From: Octopus bimaculoides
Taxonomy: Eukaryota
Length of the DNA stretch: 64,000 nucleotides
Assembly: GCF_001194135.2 (NCBI RefSeq)
Contig: NC_068981.1
Location: 190,399,392 to 190,463,391, forward strand
Direction of reading: 5' to 3'
Shown here in pieces: positions 1-11,574 of this stretch. Numbering within the stretch: the first letter of the stretch is position 1; each line of letters begins with the position of its first letter. The notes under the pieces were generated by a model that was not told the origin of the DNA, searched no databases, and was given only the letters and a program-made list of their open reading frames with translations. The translations under genes were made by a program, and so were the position numbers.

Positions 1-138
1 CATAACCTTTGAATAAGAAGAAAATGATGTTTTGTAGAGATTTTGCCAACCAATATTTAAGACAATAGATGTATCTTAATTAGCTTGAAATTTTTATTAA
101 CAATTAAAAAAACAACATCTACATATATTTAAACAAAT

Positions 139-274
139 TTAAATGTTGGGATTTGTATGGAAAAACAATAAAAGTCGAAGGAAAATATAACGATTTTTTT
201 TTTTTTTTCTCAGATCATCTTTCAAAGGTGTTGTAACAATGGGTTGAAGACCAGGTTGGGAACCATTCTTATAT
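139..274 (-). CDS. Candidate terminal exon of the unnamed minus-strand gene model (phase 2 to stop)
   Basis: Acceptor aatcttcccttacag|A. Phase-2 frame reads YKNGSQPGLQPIVTTPLKDDLRKKKKNRYIFLRLLLFFHTNPNI*. It spans a long T homopolymer, so it may be spurious. Confidence 0.25.
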
Positions 275-400
275 CTGTAAGGGAAGATTAAATTAAATGT
301 AATACAGGAGAGAGCATAAAGATCTCCCACATTTGGAGAAGACACCGTGTAGGCATAAGTAGAAGTAGAGAGGTGAAACAGGTTTCATTTGGAAGGTTAA

Positions 401-610
401 CCCTTTAGCATTTAAACCGGCCAAAAGTACTCTGCCTATTCTATGTTCAAACGGGCCAGATCTGGTCACTCACACCAACCCTACAATATCATTTTAAAAA
501 TTAACAGCTACCTCATCAAAATCTCATAGCTACAAGATAATGCATGATTAGTTCAAAACAATGTGGATAAAAAACATTAATTATGGCAGAATAATGTGAA
601 CACTAAAGGG
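401..610. mobile_element. piggyBac-like MITE with TTAA target duplication
   Basis: TTAA at 397-400 and 611-614 flanks TIRs ccctttag / ctaaaggg. Related diverged copies near 17890-18016 and 18303-18525. Confidence 0.7.
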
Positions 611-661
611 TTAAGATCCACCATTTTTGTGTGTATTATTAATTACTCAAAACAAAAAGAC

Positions 662-880
662 AGTGAGCTGGCAGAATCGTTAGCACGCCGGGCAAAATAC
701 TTAGCAGTATTCCATCTGCAGCTACGTTGTGAGTTCAAATTCGGCTGAGGTTGACTTTGCCTTTCATCCTTTTAGGGTCGATGAATTAAGTACCAGTTGA
801 GTACTGGGGTCGATGTAATTGACTAGTCCCCTTCCCCACAAATTTAAGGCCTTGTGCCTAAACTAGAAAGGATTATTAAT
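662..880 (+). mobile_element. SINE family A (tRNA-like head, Deu/Nin-like core)
   Basis: gagctggcagaatcgttagc head, B-box-like gagttcaaattc, core gcctttcatcctt..ggggtcgat..aagtaccagttg, att-rich tail. At least 11 copies in the window. Confidence 0.85.
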
Positions 881-2042
881 TATGCAAAAACTTCTTTCTT
901 TTTTAGGTTCTTTTATTTTCGTATTCCTCATCAACTACTCAAAAACTTTGAGAGGAGACATGGGGCGGCTGGCAAGGTCACCAGGTTTAAGCACTTGTGA
1001 CTTTTTCCTTTGGGGATACCTAAAGGAAGAAGTTTTCCAACATCGTCCTCAAACTCTTGAGGATTTGAAAGAAAGGATTTGAGAGGAAATCAACACAATA
1101 CCATCTGAGATGAAACAGAGAGTCTTGGAGAACTTCCAGGAACGACTGCATCAATGTATTGCCAACAACAACCACAATTTGCCTAATATAGATTTTGTAA
1201 CTCAGTAAAATAAACTGTTTTTTATGTACTTTTCAGAAACATGATAAATTTTATCCTGGATGGTTGTGTCCTCTTTTTATATTCATTCATAATGTGGGAG
1301 ATCTTTATGCCCCACCCTGCATAATAAGGCTGGTTTGAAGAAAATTCTGTTAATCTTTAACATCACCATCATAATATTTTTGTAAAAATCCTTCTCTCTA
1401 CCTGTGCCCACTCTTTACACGCCTTCCTCCATCTCCCCTCTCCTTTTTGAAATCTTGTGAACCCACCCACTCACACACACTCTCCAGTCTTCAGTCCACT
1501 AATACCTGTTTCCCTCCCTCTCACATCTTCATTATCTTCTCTCTCTCTCTCACTTTCTTCTCTCTCTCCACTATTTCACCACCTGAAATAGTCATATTTC
1601 TTCTCTAATACAAGACTCCATTTTTTTGTGTGTCCATAAGTACTACTTTCCCACATAGATGAAGGGTCTTGTCTTGCAAGTTATTCAGCAACCTCGCTGG
1701 TGCTGGTGCCACATTAAAAGCACCCGACACACTCTGTAAAATAGTTGGCATCAGGAAGCACATCCAGCAGTAGAAACTATACCAGAACAGAACTGCCTAC
1801 CAGACACTCACTGTTAGCCCTTCATCACCATTCTACCTCTGTGCATTGTCTAGGGGCATTCACTAAAACCTTTTTAACACTGGGCACACACCTGAATGAG
1901 ACCCTTAAGTTGCATCTATTAAATAATCATCCACACCTACAGGATTACATGAAATGCCTGTCCCCTAATCCAAGGAAAATCATTAGCAAGCTTTTCAACA
2001 GCATAGTTATGCCTGTGTCTTCAGTATAGAAGTCTCATGGGT

Positions 2043-2590
2043 GGAGGCACATGGCTTAGTGGTTAGGGTGTCGGACTCATGATCGTAAGATTGTGGTTTC
2101 AATTCCTGGACCGGGCAACACATTGTGTTCTTGAGCAAAACACTTCATTTCATGAGCATGATCGTTGGCAGGGCTACGGATTGGCTCCCTTCCAGGTGGC
2201 ACGTAAAAAAACACCATTTGAGTGTGGTTGTTGCCAGTACAACCTGACTGGCCCTCGTGCCAGTGGCATGTAAAAGCACCCACTACACTCTCGGAGTGGT
2301 TGGCGTTAGGAAAGGCATCCAGCTGCAGAAACCTTGCCAGATCAGATTGGAGCCTGGTGCAGCCATCTGGTTTCACCAGTCCTCAGTCAAACCGTCCAAC
2401 CCATGCCAGCATGGAAAGCAGACGTTAAACAATGACGATGATGATGATCATCATTGCTCCAGTCCACTCAGCTGGCAAAAAGGAGTAATCCTGTGAGGGA
2501 TCAATGTTCCATCCAGGTGGGGAATATACATGCCATTGAAACCAGGAAACTGGCCCTTATGAGTCACTGTGACTCATGAAGGTTACCTTT
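2043..2590 (+). mobile_element. SINE family D split by a family C insertion (2153-2451)
   Basis: A-box tggcttagtgg and B-box ggtttcaattcc. The body ..cacttcatttca resumes as cattgctccagtcc at 2452, contiguous in the intact copy near 60470. Confidence 0.8.
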
Positions 2591-2596
2591 ACTTTA

Positions 2597-3046
2597 AGGT
2601 GGTGAGTTGGCAGAAATGTTAGCACCCTGGATGAAATGCTTAGTAGTATTTCATCTGGCTTTACATTCTGAGTTCAAATTCCGCCGAGGTCAGCTTTGCC
2701 TTTCATCCTTTCGGGGTTGATATATTAAGTACCAGTTGAGTACTGGGATCGATCTAATCGACTGGCCCCTTCCCCAAAAATTTCGGGCCTTGTGCCTAGA
2801 GTAGAAAAGAATATTTTGGTTACTCCAAGGCGGCGAGCTGGCAGAAACGTTAGCATACCAGGTGAAATGCTTAGTAGCATTCTGTCTGCTGCTACGTTCT
2901 GAGTTCAAATTCCACCAAGGTCGATTTTGCCTTTCATCCTTTCAGGGTCGATAAATTAAGTACCAGTTGCATACTCGAGTCGATCTAATCAACTGGCCAC
3001 CCACTGAAAAAGATTTCAAGCCTTGTGCCTAGAATAGAAAAGAATA
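2597..3046 (+). mobile_element. Two tandem family A SINEs
   Basis: Two head-to-tail copies, about 2597-2815 and 2829-3046. Confidence 0.85.
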
Positions 3047-3344
3047 TAGAAATCACAGTAGTGGTGGTGTGGTTAAATAGCAAAATGTTACATTTATTGT
3101 GAAAAGTTAATTATAAATATTAATGCAGGGAATTAAAATATGAGATTAAATTGCAAACTAACTTTTTGATAACATTTAAAAGAATTTAAGAGTGTAAATA
3201 AAAAATGTAGCATGTATAATCCAGTTGTTTTTCTAAAAGTTTGTGCTTAAGGGTCTCAAAGGACTGTAGGTTCCTTAACCCTGATCAAAGCTGCTGACCA
3301 CAAGATCATGAGTTCAAAACCTAGTCATGTCAATTGCATTCTGA

Positions 3345-3545
3345 CCTCAGCCACTAAGGGACATGCTCAACTTGTTATGATCAAACAGCTGATAAGCAAA
3401 TCTGTGGTATTGAGCAGAATATTTGCTGTTGCTCATCTTTTATACCAAGACAATATAATGTACATATAATGTACATGATAACACTTTCAATCAGTTAAGA
3501 TCAGAAGCCATGAGAGCCACTGTCTGGAACTGCATCAGGGCATTT
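3345..3545. repeat. Partial copy of an (ATT)n-flanked dispersed element (family E)
   Basis: gggacatgctcaac..gcaaatctgtggtattgagcagaatatttgctg..agatcagaagccatga..catcagggcattt matches about 45795-45970. Confidence 0.75.
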
Positions 3546-3567
3546 ATTATTATTATTATTATCATCA

Positions 3568-3619
<52 letters not shown>

Positions 3620-3705
3620 CATCATTATTATTATTATCATCATTATTATTATTATTATTGTTCAGTAGTTTTATTTTTATAACGTGCTTTCACTTCACTA
3701 CCGAG

Positions 3706-3741
<36 letters not shown>

Positions 3742-4057
3742 CATCATTATTATTACTATCATCATTATTATTATTATTATTATTATTATTAATATTATTA
3801 CCATTATTATTGCGGTGGTGAGCTAGCAGAATCGTTAGCATGCTGGACCGCATGCTTAGCCCGTCACTACATTCTGAGTTCAAATTCCGCCGGGATCAAC
3901 TTTGCCTTTCATCCTTTCACGGTTGATAAACTAAGTACCAGTTGAGTACTCGGGGTGGGGGTCGATGTAATCATCTTAACCCCTTTGCTAAAATTTCAGA
4001 TCTTTTGCCTATGGTAGAAAGGATCATCATCATCATTATTATTATTATTATTATTAT

Positions 4058-4097
<40 letters not shown>
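3545..4097. repeat. (ATT/ATC)n array, family A SINE (3812-4023, +), then (ATC/ATT/AGT)n
   Basis: Direct reading. Confidence 0.9.
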
Positions 4098-4098
<1 letters not shown>

Positions 4099-4187
4099 TC
4101 TGTTGTGTGAGTAATAGGTTAGTCTATGGCGCATTTAGTTCACAGCTAAATGGAAGAAGAGATATCCATTTGCTAAAAGTTTCATAC

Positions 4188-4259
4188 GTCAACAAAATAT
4201 TATAATTGGTGAAACTCATTTCCAGTGATGGATACCAGCACAGCAAATGGATATTAAAA
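4188..4259 (-). CDS. Candidate 72-nt symmetric exon (phase 2-2)
   Basis: Acceptor ggtcttctttttatcag|T, donor GAC|gtatga. Only phase 2 is open: FNIHLLCWYPSLEMSFTNYNILL. Confidence 0.35.
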
Positions 4260-4359
4260 CTGATAAAAAGAAGACCCCAAAAAAAGAAGAAAAAGGAAAA
4301 AAACAATTTATAAAACTGATATGTTCAGCAGACTGATGACGGTTCTCATTCTGATGAGG

Positions 4360-4815
4360 ATGGTGGTGGTGGTGGTGGTGGTGGCTATGGGGGTGATGGT
4401 GGTGGTGGTGTGATGGTAGTGGTGTTGATGTGAATGATGATGGTGATGATGGTGGTGGTGGTCGTTGTCGTCGTCGTCATGATGATGATGATGATGATGA
4501 CGGTGACGATGATGATGATGGCGGTGGTGGTGGCAGTGGTGGTAGTGGTGTTGATGAGGATGATGATGGTGATGATGATGGTGGTGGTGGTAGCAATGGT
4601 GATGATGATGATGATGACAATGATGATAACGAGAATCACGATGAGGATAATGATGATGATGATGACGATACTGATAATGATGATGATGATGATTATAATG
4701 ATGACGACGACGATGTTCACAATGGTGATGATGATGACTGCGTTGTTGGCGTCGGTGGTGGTGGTGGTGATGACGACGACGACGATGGTAATGATGAGGA
4801 TGATGGTGGCAGTGA
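4360..4815. repeat. Degenerate (GAT/GGT/GAC)n trinucleotide array
   Basis: Direct reading; source of the poly-D/M/H/I ORFs. Confidence 0.95.
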
Positions 4816-5394
4816 TGTTTCGCACGGAACAGGATTGAAGTCACATCGCCATTATTTCTATCGACTAATGCCAGAGGCGATCAATATTTGATGAAGATGA
4901 GAGAGCATTAAAGTTTCACAGTAATTATATTTTTATTGTTATATCCAAGGAGAATTCTTAATTACAGCCAATAACAACTTTTACATATCAGAATATATCA
5001 TGGTGAGAGAGCAATGGGTTTAGTGCAGTTAATTCACAACTTGAAAAGTTGCTTAAAGTTTAACAGGAATACATAATGATGTAGAATTATTACATATATC
5101 CCAATATACCCAAATATACACAAATATATTCAAATATATTCTAATATGGCCACCCTCAAAGAACTGGTGCTTATAGATTGTCCATACTAAGAACGACAAA
5201 GTGTATTCTTTTATTCTTTTATTGACATCAGTTAGTGGGTTGCAGTCATACTGGAGCTCCATGTTGAAAGCTGCAGGTTAAGCAACCATGTGGGAAACAG
5301 GTGTTGAGAATTTCTCACTTTGCAGGTGAGATTTCTAAGATTAAAGATTCATTCAGTGAGCAAGAAGAGTCATTAAGATGCTGGACAAAATGCT

Positions 5395-5723
5395 TGTTAC
5401 GGAATTCATATTTTTTTCTGTTCAAATGATTTTGAAGGCTGCAGAATAAATGATTAATCAGATGAGGCAATGTCCAGTGGGGTATCGATTCCCATTCAAA
5501 CTGCTCCAGCCTTTGGAATGTAATCCTCACGGTATGTGGCTGAGCATTATCCTGAGGGAAGAACACATTTTGTCTTGAAACCAAAGATGATCATTTTTCT
5601 TCTAGTGCTGGTGTCAATGAATGGTTGAATGATCAAATCCAACCTTCTCTGCTAGTTCTTCAACAGTTACGATAGGATTTTGTTCCACCAGGGTTTGCAG
5701 AACATCCTTGTCGAGCTCTACAG
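5395..5723 (-). mobile_element. Mariner transposase relic, same deletion family as 42241-43127, cut by a gap
   Basis: Encodes VELDKDVLQTLVEQNPIVTVEELAEKVGFDHSTIH and NVFFPQDNAQPHT..QRLEQFEWE..HLFCSLQNHL. Confidence 0.85.
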
Positions 5724-6177
5724 NNNNNNNNNNNNNNNNNNNNNNNNNNNNNNNNNNNNNNNNNNNNNNNNNNNNNNNNNNNNNNNNNNNNNNNNNNNNN
5801 NNNNNNNNNNNNNNNNNNNNNNNNNNNNNNNNNNNNNNNNNNNNNNNNNNNNNNNNNNGAAGAAGAAGAAGAAGAAGAAGAAGAAGAAGAAGAAGAAGAA
5901 GAAGAACCACAACAACAACAGCAACAGAAGTGGTTGGAGGAGGCCATGCTTTACTCTTAGCATGCCTTTTACAATTATTTTTTATCTTATATTTGTTTCT
6001 GTCGTTAGACTGTGGCCATGCTGGGGCAACACTTTGAAAAGCTTTAGTTGAGTGAATCGACCCCAGTCTTTATTTTACTTTACTGTCAGTCTCTATCTTG
6101 CCAAACTGCTAAGTGACAGAGATGTCAAGAAACCAACACTGGTTGTTAAACAGAGGTGAAGGACAAACACAAACACA

Positions 6178-6220
<43 letters not shown>

Positions 6221-6224
6221 CCTT

Positions 6225-6670
6225 GCATTAGGAAGGGCATCCAGCCATAGAAACCAAACCAAATCAGACTGGAGTCTTGTGCAGTTCCTCAGCTTACCAG
6301 TCCAGGTCAAACTGTCCAGCCCATGCCAGCATGGACAACAGATATTCAAAGATGACGATGATGATATATATATATATATATATTGGCTGATGCCACCACT
6401 GCCTTGACTGGCTTCCATGCCAGTGGCACGTAAACAGAGCCATCCGATCATGGTCAATGCCAGCCCCCTCTGGCCCCTGTGCTGGTGGCACGTAAAAAGC
6501 ACCCACTACACTCTCGGAGTGGTTAGCATTAAGAAGGGCATCCAGCTGTAGAAACACTGCCAGATCAGACTGGAGCCTGGTGCAGCCTCCTGGCTTCCCA
6601 GACCCCAGCCAAACTGCCCAACCCATGCCAGCATGGAAAACGGACGTTAAATGAGGATGAGGATGATACA
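6225..6670 (+). mobile_element. Two family C (RTE-tail) copies in tandem
   Basis: ggaagggcatccagc..aacccatgccagcatggaaaacggacgttaa followed by a (GAT)n tail. Confidence 0.8.
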
Positions 6671-6712
6671 TACATATATATNNNNNNNNNNNNNNNNNNN
6701 NNNNNNNNNNNN

Positions 6713-6763
<51 letters not shown>

Positions 6764-6829
6764 AACGCTTTGAAACGTCACAGTAGAGCTCTCAATTGAT
6801 AGTCTGGCCCTAGGGGCCAAATTCCCAAT

Positions 6830-7257
6830 GCATAATATGGCATTTCCAGAGGGAACATTTATAGCAGGCCTTTTAGATTGCTCATCACCTTCCAGGAAGG
6901 TTCTTCCACTTTTGAAGTGTCCGTGTCACTTGAAATATTGTGTACAACCCATTGCCTCATTGCCATAAGCTTGCTGAGGCATGCTCAGTGTCTCTGTAGC
7001 AGACTTACCAAGTTTAAAGCAAAGTTCCACATTGGCTTTTTATTTCAGCTTCTTGTCCATGATAAAATCACAGACTACAGCATGTACATGATCTCAAAAC
7101 CACAAATTTCACAACTTGCAAAGTAAACTTAGTAATGTTACACAGCACAACGCTTCGTGAAGGTCACTACTCGCTCTCACTGTGCACACAACCATGTGCT
7201 GCCATTTGTTGGTGCACTACAAAACTGTTCAAAAATCCTTTTGGTACCACCTTGGAT
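6830..7257 (-). mobile_element. 5' fragment of a second mariner family (transposase N-terminal HTH)
   Basis: Minus strand reads MDKKLK*KANVELCFKLGKSATETLSMPQQAYGNEAMGCTQYFK*HGHFKSGRTFLEGDEQSKRP, the canonical mariner N-terminus. TIR-like end near 7230-7257. Confidence 0.8.
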
Positions 7258-7267
7258 ATGTAGGTTT

Positions 7268-7468
7268 GAGGTGGTGAGCCAGCAGAATCGTTAGCATGCC
7301 GGGCAAAATGCCTAGAAGAATTTCATCCGTCTAAGTTCAAATTCCTAGTCAATCTTTTCTCCATTTTGTGGGGTCGATAAAATAAGTACCAGTTGAGCTT
7401 TGGGCTTGATGTGATTGACTTACCCCAAAACCCCTGAAATTTCTGGCCTTGTGCCAAAATTTGAAATC
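7268..7468 (+). mobile_element. Family A SINE
   Basis: Head and core match. Confidence 0.8.
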
Positions 7469-8106
7469 ACTGTATATGTAGGTGTATGTCACCCTATACA
7501 ATAATCTTCAGTCATTTATTATCATAGTTAGGCCTCAGCACCATTTTTATTGCTGACCATTTTAGTAGTTTGAACTTTTACCACCATAGCCAACTGTTTT
7601 AATTAACAGGCAATTAATATTTAACTATTACAATACTATTAATTATTCTACTTAATTATCACACTAACCCTAATTCTGCTATTCTTACCTTTATTGTCAC
7701 ACATGAATATTTTCTGTTTTATTTTTGTTGTATTTTTTTCTTTGTGAACCTATGTGAACACGTACACGTGTGTGTATAAATGTGCACACACATATATGTA
7801 TATGTATGTATGTATATATGTGTGTTAGTGTGATGAACGTGTGAAGTTTTCAATTAGCGATCTAAACAACACACTTTAAAGAGGTATTGAGTGCTGAGTT
7901 ACAGCTGCCAGGAACTATTGTAACATAACTAGAATTTAGGGGAAAAAAATATTTGAAACAACATATTACTACCATTCATTGGAAAAATAGCCATAAAAAT
8001 ACATAAAGTTATATATAAATAAATATATAAACATATAAAAACATATATATCAATATATAAAAATATATAACAATTTATATATGAATTGTGTTGGAATAGA
8101 GCCAGA

Positions 8107-8159
8107 TTATTTTACAGGAAACATATATAACAGGTCATTGCTTCTAGAATAATCTATGT
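8107..8159 (-). CDS. Candidate alternative terminal exon
   Basis: Acceptor ctttctccactttcacag|A. Phase 1 reads DIDYSRSNDLLYMFPVK* (TAA 8107-8109). In phase 2 the junction itself forms TG|A. Confidence 0.35.
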
Positions 8160-8831
8160 CTGTGAAAGTGGAGAAAGTTTTAGTTAAGTCTCTCTTCTAA
8201 TGATGTTTATTGTTTGTCAGTAATCAATAAACTAAAAAATATATTAGTTAGAGTAGCTTTGGTGTGGGGGGGGGACTTGGTCCATTTCATTTAGTTTTGT
8301 GGTTGCAGAGAGATTTTTTTTAGGGACTTTTATTTCATTTTTGTTTCTTTATACAGTATATTATTATGGTAACAATGTATTATTATAGTAGCTTCAGGAT
8401 GGACTTGGTCCATCTCGTTTATTTTTTAAGGTTTCTTCTTTTTTTGTTTAGAATAAAAGGGTAAAAATATATTATATTAGTTACAGGGGCTCCAAAGCTT
8501 TAGTTACATTTATTGTTGGCTGTACAGGTGTAACAATACCATGTATAAAGCACCTGTGTTGGCCCCACATGAGAAAAGCACCCATGCTGGCACCATGGAA
8601 AAAACACCCAGTACACTCTGTTAAGTAGTTGGCATTAGAAAGGGCTGGATGCCTTTCCTGTTGTCAATCCTCACCTGTTTTCAATCAAGGTTACATTTTC
8701 CTCATGGCCAGACAAGTTTTCAGAAAAGAATGGAAGTAAAAGGCACCCGTCACAAGACCGTGACACTCGTTTGACAAATTAAAATCTGTCAAGACAAGGA
8801 GAGACAAACATACAAAAACACCCAAGCACGC

Positions 8832-9255
8832 ACATGTACATACTCTTTACTCTCTTTTATTCTTTTACTTGTTTCAGTCATTTGACTGCGGCCATGCTGG
8901 AGCACTGCCTTTAGTCGAGCAAATCGACCCCAGGACTTATTCTTTGTAAGCCTAGTACTTATTCTATCGGTCTCTTTTGCCAAACCGCTAAGTTACAGGG
9001 ACGTAAACACACCAGCATCGGTTGTCAAGCGATGTTGGGGAGACAAAAACAGACAAACAAACATATATATATATACATATATATATATACATATATACGA
9101 CGGGCTTCTTTCAGTTTCCGTCTACCAAATCCACTCACAAGGCTTTGGTTAGCCCGAGGCTATAGTAAAAGACGCTTGCCCAAGGTGCCACGCAGTGGGA
9201 CTGAACCCAGAACCATGTGGTTGGTAAGCAAGCTACTTACCACACAGCCACTCCA
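8832..9255 (-). mobile_element. SINE family B, near full length (tRNA head, CORE-like ggcaccttgggcaag, internal TA/CA microsatellite)
   Basis: Matches the plus-strand copy at 62686-63155. Resembles the octopus OR-type CORE SINEs, but the assignment is not verified. Confidence 0.85.
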
Positions 9256-9460
9256 TACACACACACAATGGACTTATTTTATCGACCCCAAAAGGATGAA
9301 AATCAACCCCAGTAGGATTTGAACTCAAAACGTAAAGGCAGACGAAATGTTGTTAAGCATTTTCTCAGGCATGCTATTGTTACTGCTAGTTCTCTGCCTT
9401 TTACAATGATTCAATAACAACAACAAAAAAAAATAGATGAATATGGATTTTTCTTCTTAC

Positions 9461-9505
9461 CATTTCCAAAGAGCAACGAAATTAAAGTATTTTGGATTTG
9501 CGATC
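9461..9505 (-). CDS. Candidate 45-nt symmetric exon
   Basis: Acceptor ctatctttgttggttcag|G, donor ATG|gtaaga. Phase 2 reads IANPKYFNFVALWK; phase 1 reads SQIQNTLISLLFGN. Confidence 0.5.
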
Positions 9506-9892
9506 CTGAACCAACAAAGATAGACCAAATTATGATAAAGCATCATATAGAAGGCTGGAATTTCCCAAACCACTTCAAGATCTTTTTATTTATTTATTTA
9601 TTTTTTTACTGCTTTATTCCATTCAACACATTAGTCTGTTCCATGCCCACCACACACAACTCATATTATATTAAATAGGAATGTAAATCTTCGAATTCCT
9701 GCTTTAATATATTCCAAAGTTAGGCTTGTTTTATGGCTATTATTACCGAGCAACAGCCAGCCATATTTTCATATAAATTATTGTATGCATCAATTTACAT
9801 CAGGTAATCAATAAATTGGATATTTCGTCAACCTTTACAATGGATCATCTATAAATTTCATTTCTTCAATGCTTAGTCTTGAATAATCTTAC

Positions 9893-9984
9893 CAAGTTGT
9901 TGCAGCATCACCAATCATGCAGTCGTGTCGGAATACAAAGAAAGAATCCACTGCAAAATGGCTTCTTGTAAGTCTTCTTCAAGA
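9893..9984 (-). CDS. Candidate 92-nt exon with in-frame TGA (9915-9917)
   Basis: Acceptor aattttctaacag|T, donor TTG|gtaaga. Phase 2 reads LEEDLQEAILQWILSLYSDTTA*LVMLQQL. Confidence 0.45.
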
Positions 9985-10579
9985 CTGTTAGAAAATTAGT
10001 CTTAACTTCACATTTGTAATTTACTGAATGTTAATTAAAACGAAACAACTAGAGTGAACTATTTTCTGTGTAACATAGTATCATAAGAAGAGTGGGTGAA
10101 TGGTAACCCAAAGGGTTTCATGAGGGGAAAAACAACCGAATTGCCACCACCAGCAGATTGTTGAGGGCACCAACTGAAGGAAACCAAATACCAGGTCTTG
10201 ATTGAATGATGACATGCACAGCTTCACTTCTCAATGAAGTCAAATGCCACAGTTTTCCTGGAAGCCTAGGCTGCTATTTCATGCAGAAGATTGGTCTGGA
10301 ATCCAGACAAGTAAAGAAAGCCATGAGATAGACAACCATGTCAGCTGGGACCAGCTCAAAGATGGAATCTTTCTTTTGGCAAAAGCTAATCTAGTGTTTG
10401 CTGCTCAACTCTTGGTGAAGCATACAGGTTTTCAATATGGACAGTACCACCCCCAAGGGGTGCTGAGCATGTTGAAAGGGGTCTTAGGTTTTAGGGGGTA
10501 GTGAGGTAACATAATTAACGTACTAAATTTTACCTGTAATATTAATTATACTGTGCATGATAAAACTAGTAATGGTTTA

Positions 10580-10930
10580 TCATCATCTTCGTTTAACATC
10601 CACCTTTCATGCTGGCATGGGTGGGACAGTTTCACAAGAGCTGGCTAGGTCAAAGCCTGCACCAGACTTCTGTGACTGCTTTAGCAGGATTTTTACAGCT
10701 GGATGTCCTTCCTAACATCAACCACATTACAGTGTGAACTTAATGCTTTTTATGTGGCACAAGCTCAAGAAAGGTTTTGGCAAGGTTTTTACAGCTGAAC
10801 ACCCTTCCAAACACTAACCACTCCAGAGAGTGGAGTTAGTGCTTTTTACGTGGCACAAGCACAGGCGAGGTCAGTTTTGGCAAGGTTTTACAGCTGGACA
10901 CCCTTCCGAACACCAACCACTTTGGACTGT
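10580..10930 (-). mobile_element. Family C copy with an internal duplication
   Basis: catcatcttcgtttaacatccacc..gctggatgtccttcctaac, with the middle block repeated. Confidence 0.7.
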
Positions 10931-11095
10931 AGACTCATGAGATCTCATCAAGCACAGAGAAGTCATTAACTTGAAATGTACAAAGTAAATTTACAACTTT
11001 TGTCTTTACTGAGTTTTTATCATTTCACTGTTAAAAGCTTCTACAATCCAAATTTATAAATTATCCTCCATGTGAAGTTAGTTTAGTTATGTTAC

Positions 11096-11149
11096 CTCAC
11101 TCGCCATTTAGGTGGGTGCCAGGCATAACAACTACTTAAAAGTGGAGCC
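11096..11149 (-). CDS. Candidate 54-nt symmetric exon (phase 2-2)
   Basis: Acceptor tcttttttcttctttgtag|G, donor GAG|gtaaca. Only phase 2 is open: APLLSSCYAWHPPKWRV. Confidence 0.5.
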
Positions 11150-11574
11150 CTACAAAGAAGAAAAAAAGATCAAGTACCACTGGGCTACAGGGAGAAACGT
11201 TTGTGACCCTGAGATACTTGCTGAAGAAACAGAAAGGGATAGTTTTAGTCACTTCAGGAGAAGAGCTTGTAACATCTTTAAACAGCTTTCACAACTACTT
11301 ACAGATATTTTAGGACAAAATATCTTTCATGTTTATTTTACCATCGTATGAAAGGTTGATGGCATAATGACTTCCTCAGTTGTTAATTTCTTATTTGACC
11401 ATAAAAATAAATAAACATGACAAGCAGAGTCTCACTTGATAGGGAAGATTAAAATGTCTCTACGTTTGAGATGTGTTAATGTTAACAAGATTATTGTCGG
11501 CGGTGGATGGGGTTGGAGGTGGGACGGGGGCGGTGAACCATTAACCTCATCCTTAGAGATAAAGCACTATCATC

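Larger units (their letters stand above)
305..1319 (+). mobile_element. Internally deleted Tc1-like DNA transposon relic with nested insertions
   Basis: Inverted ends cagg..gcataaagatctcccacatt (305-331) and aatgtgggagatctttatgccccaccctg (1291-1319), with TA on the left. About 950-1200 encodes RSPGLSTCDFFLWGYLKEEVF..RPQTLEDLKERI*EEINTIP..ENFQERLHQCI, a typical Tc1 transposase C-terminus (degenerate WPxxSPDLxxxDFFLWGYLK). Confidence 0.8.

Noticed and set aside
214-276. Plus-strand 63-nt exon (T-run ctcag acceptor, gtaagg donor; IIFQRCCNNGLKTRLGTILIS)
   Set aside because: No supporting neighbouring plus-strand exons were found, and it overlaps the minus-strand candidate; kept only as an alternative.
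2043-2120. tRNA genes (A/B-box sequences here and at other SINE heads)
   Set aside because: They run directly into SINE bodies, are multi-copy and diverged, and show no complete cloverleaf.
7600-8106. SECIS element downstream of the UGA-containing model
   Set aside because: No AUGA..AA..GA stem with plausible geometry was seen by eye in the AT-rich sequence.
9461-9918. Resemblance of MIGD..KYFNFVALWK to SMIM7, and of FPW..HPP to the EEF2KMT N-terminus
   Set aside because: Only a few residues match and the spacing is wrong; no gene symbol is justified.
11112-11351. Plus-strand 79-aa ORF (GARHNNYLKVEPYKEEKK..)
   Set aside because: No ATG start and no recognisable domain; better explained by the overlapping minus-strand exon or decayed repeat sequence.
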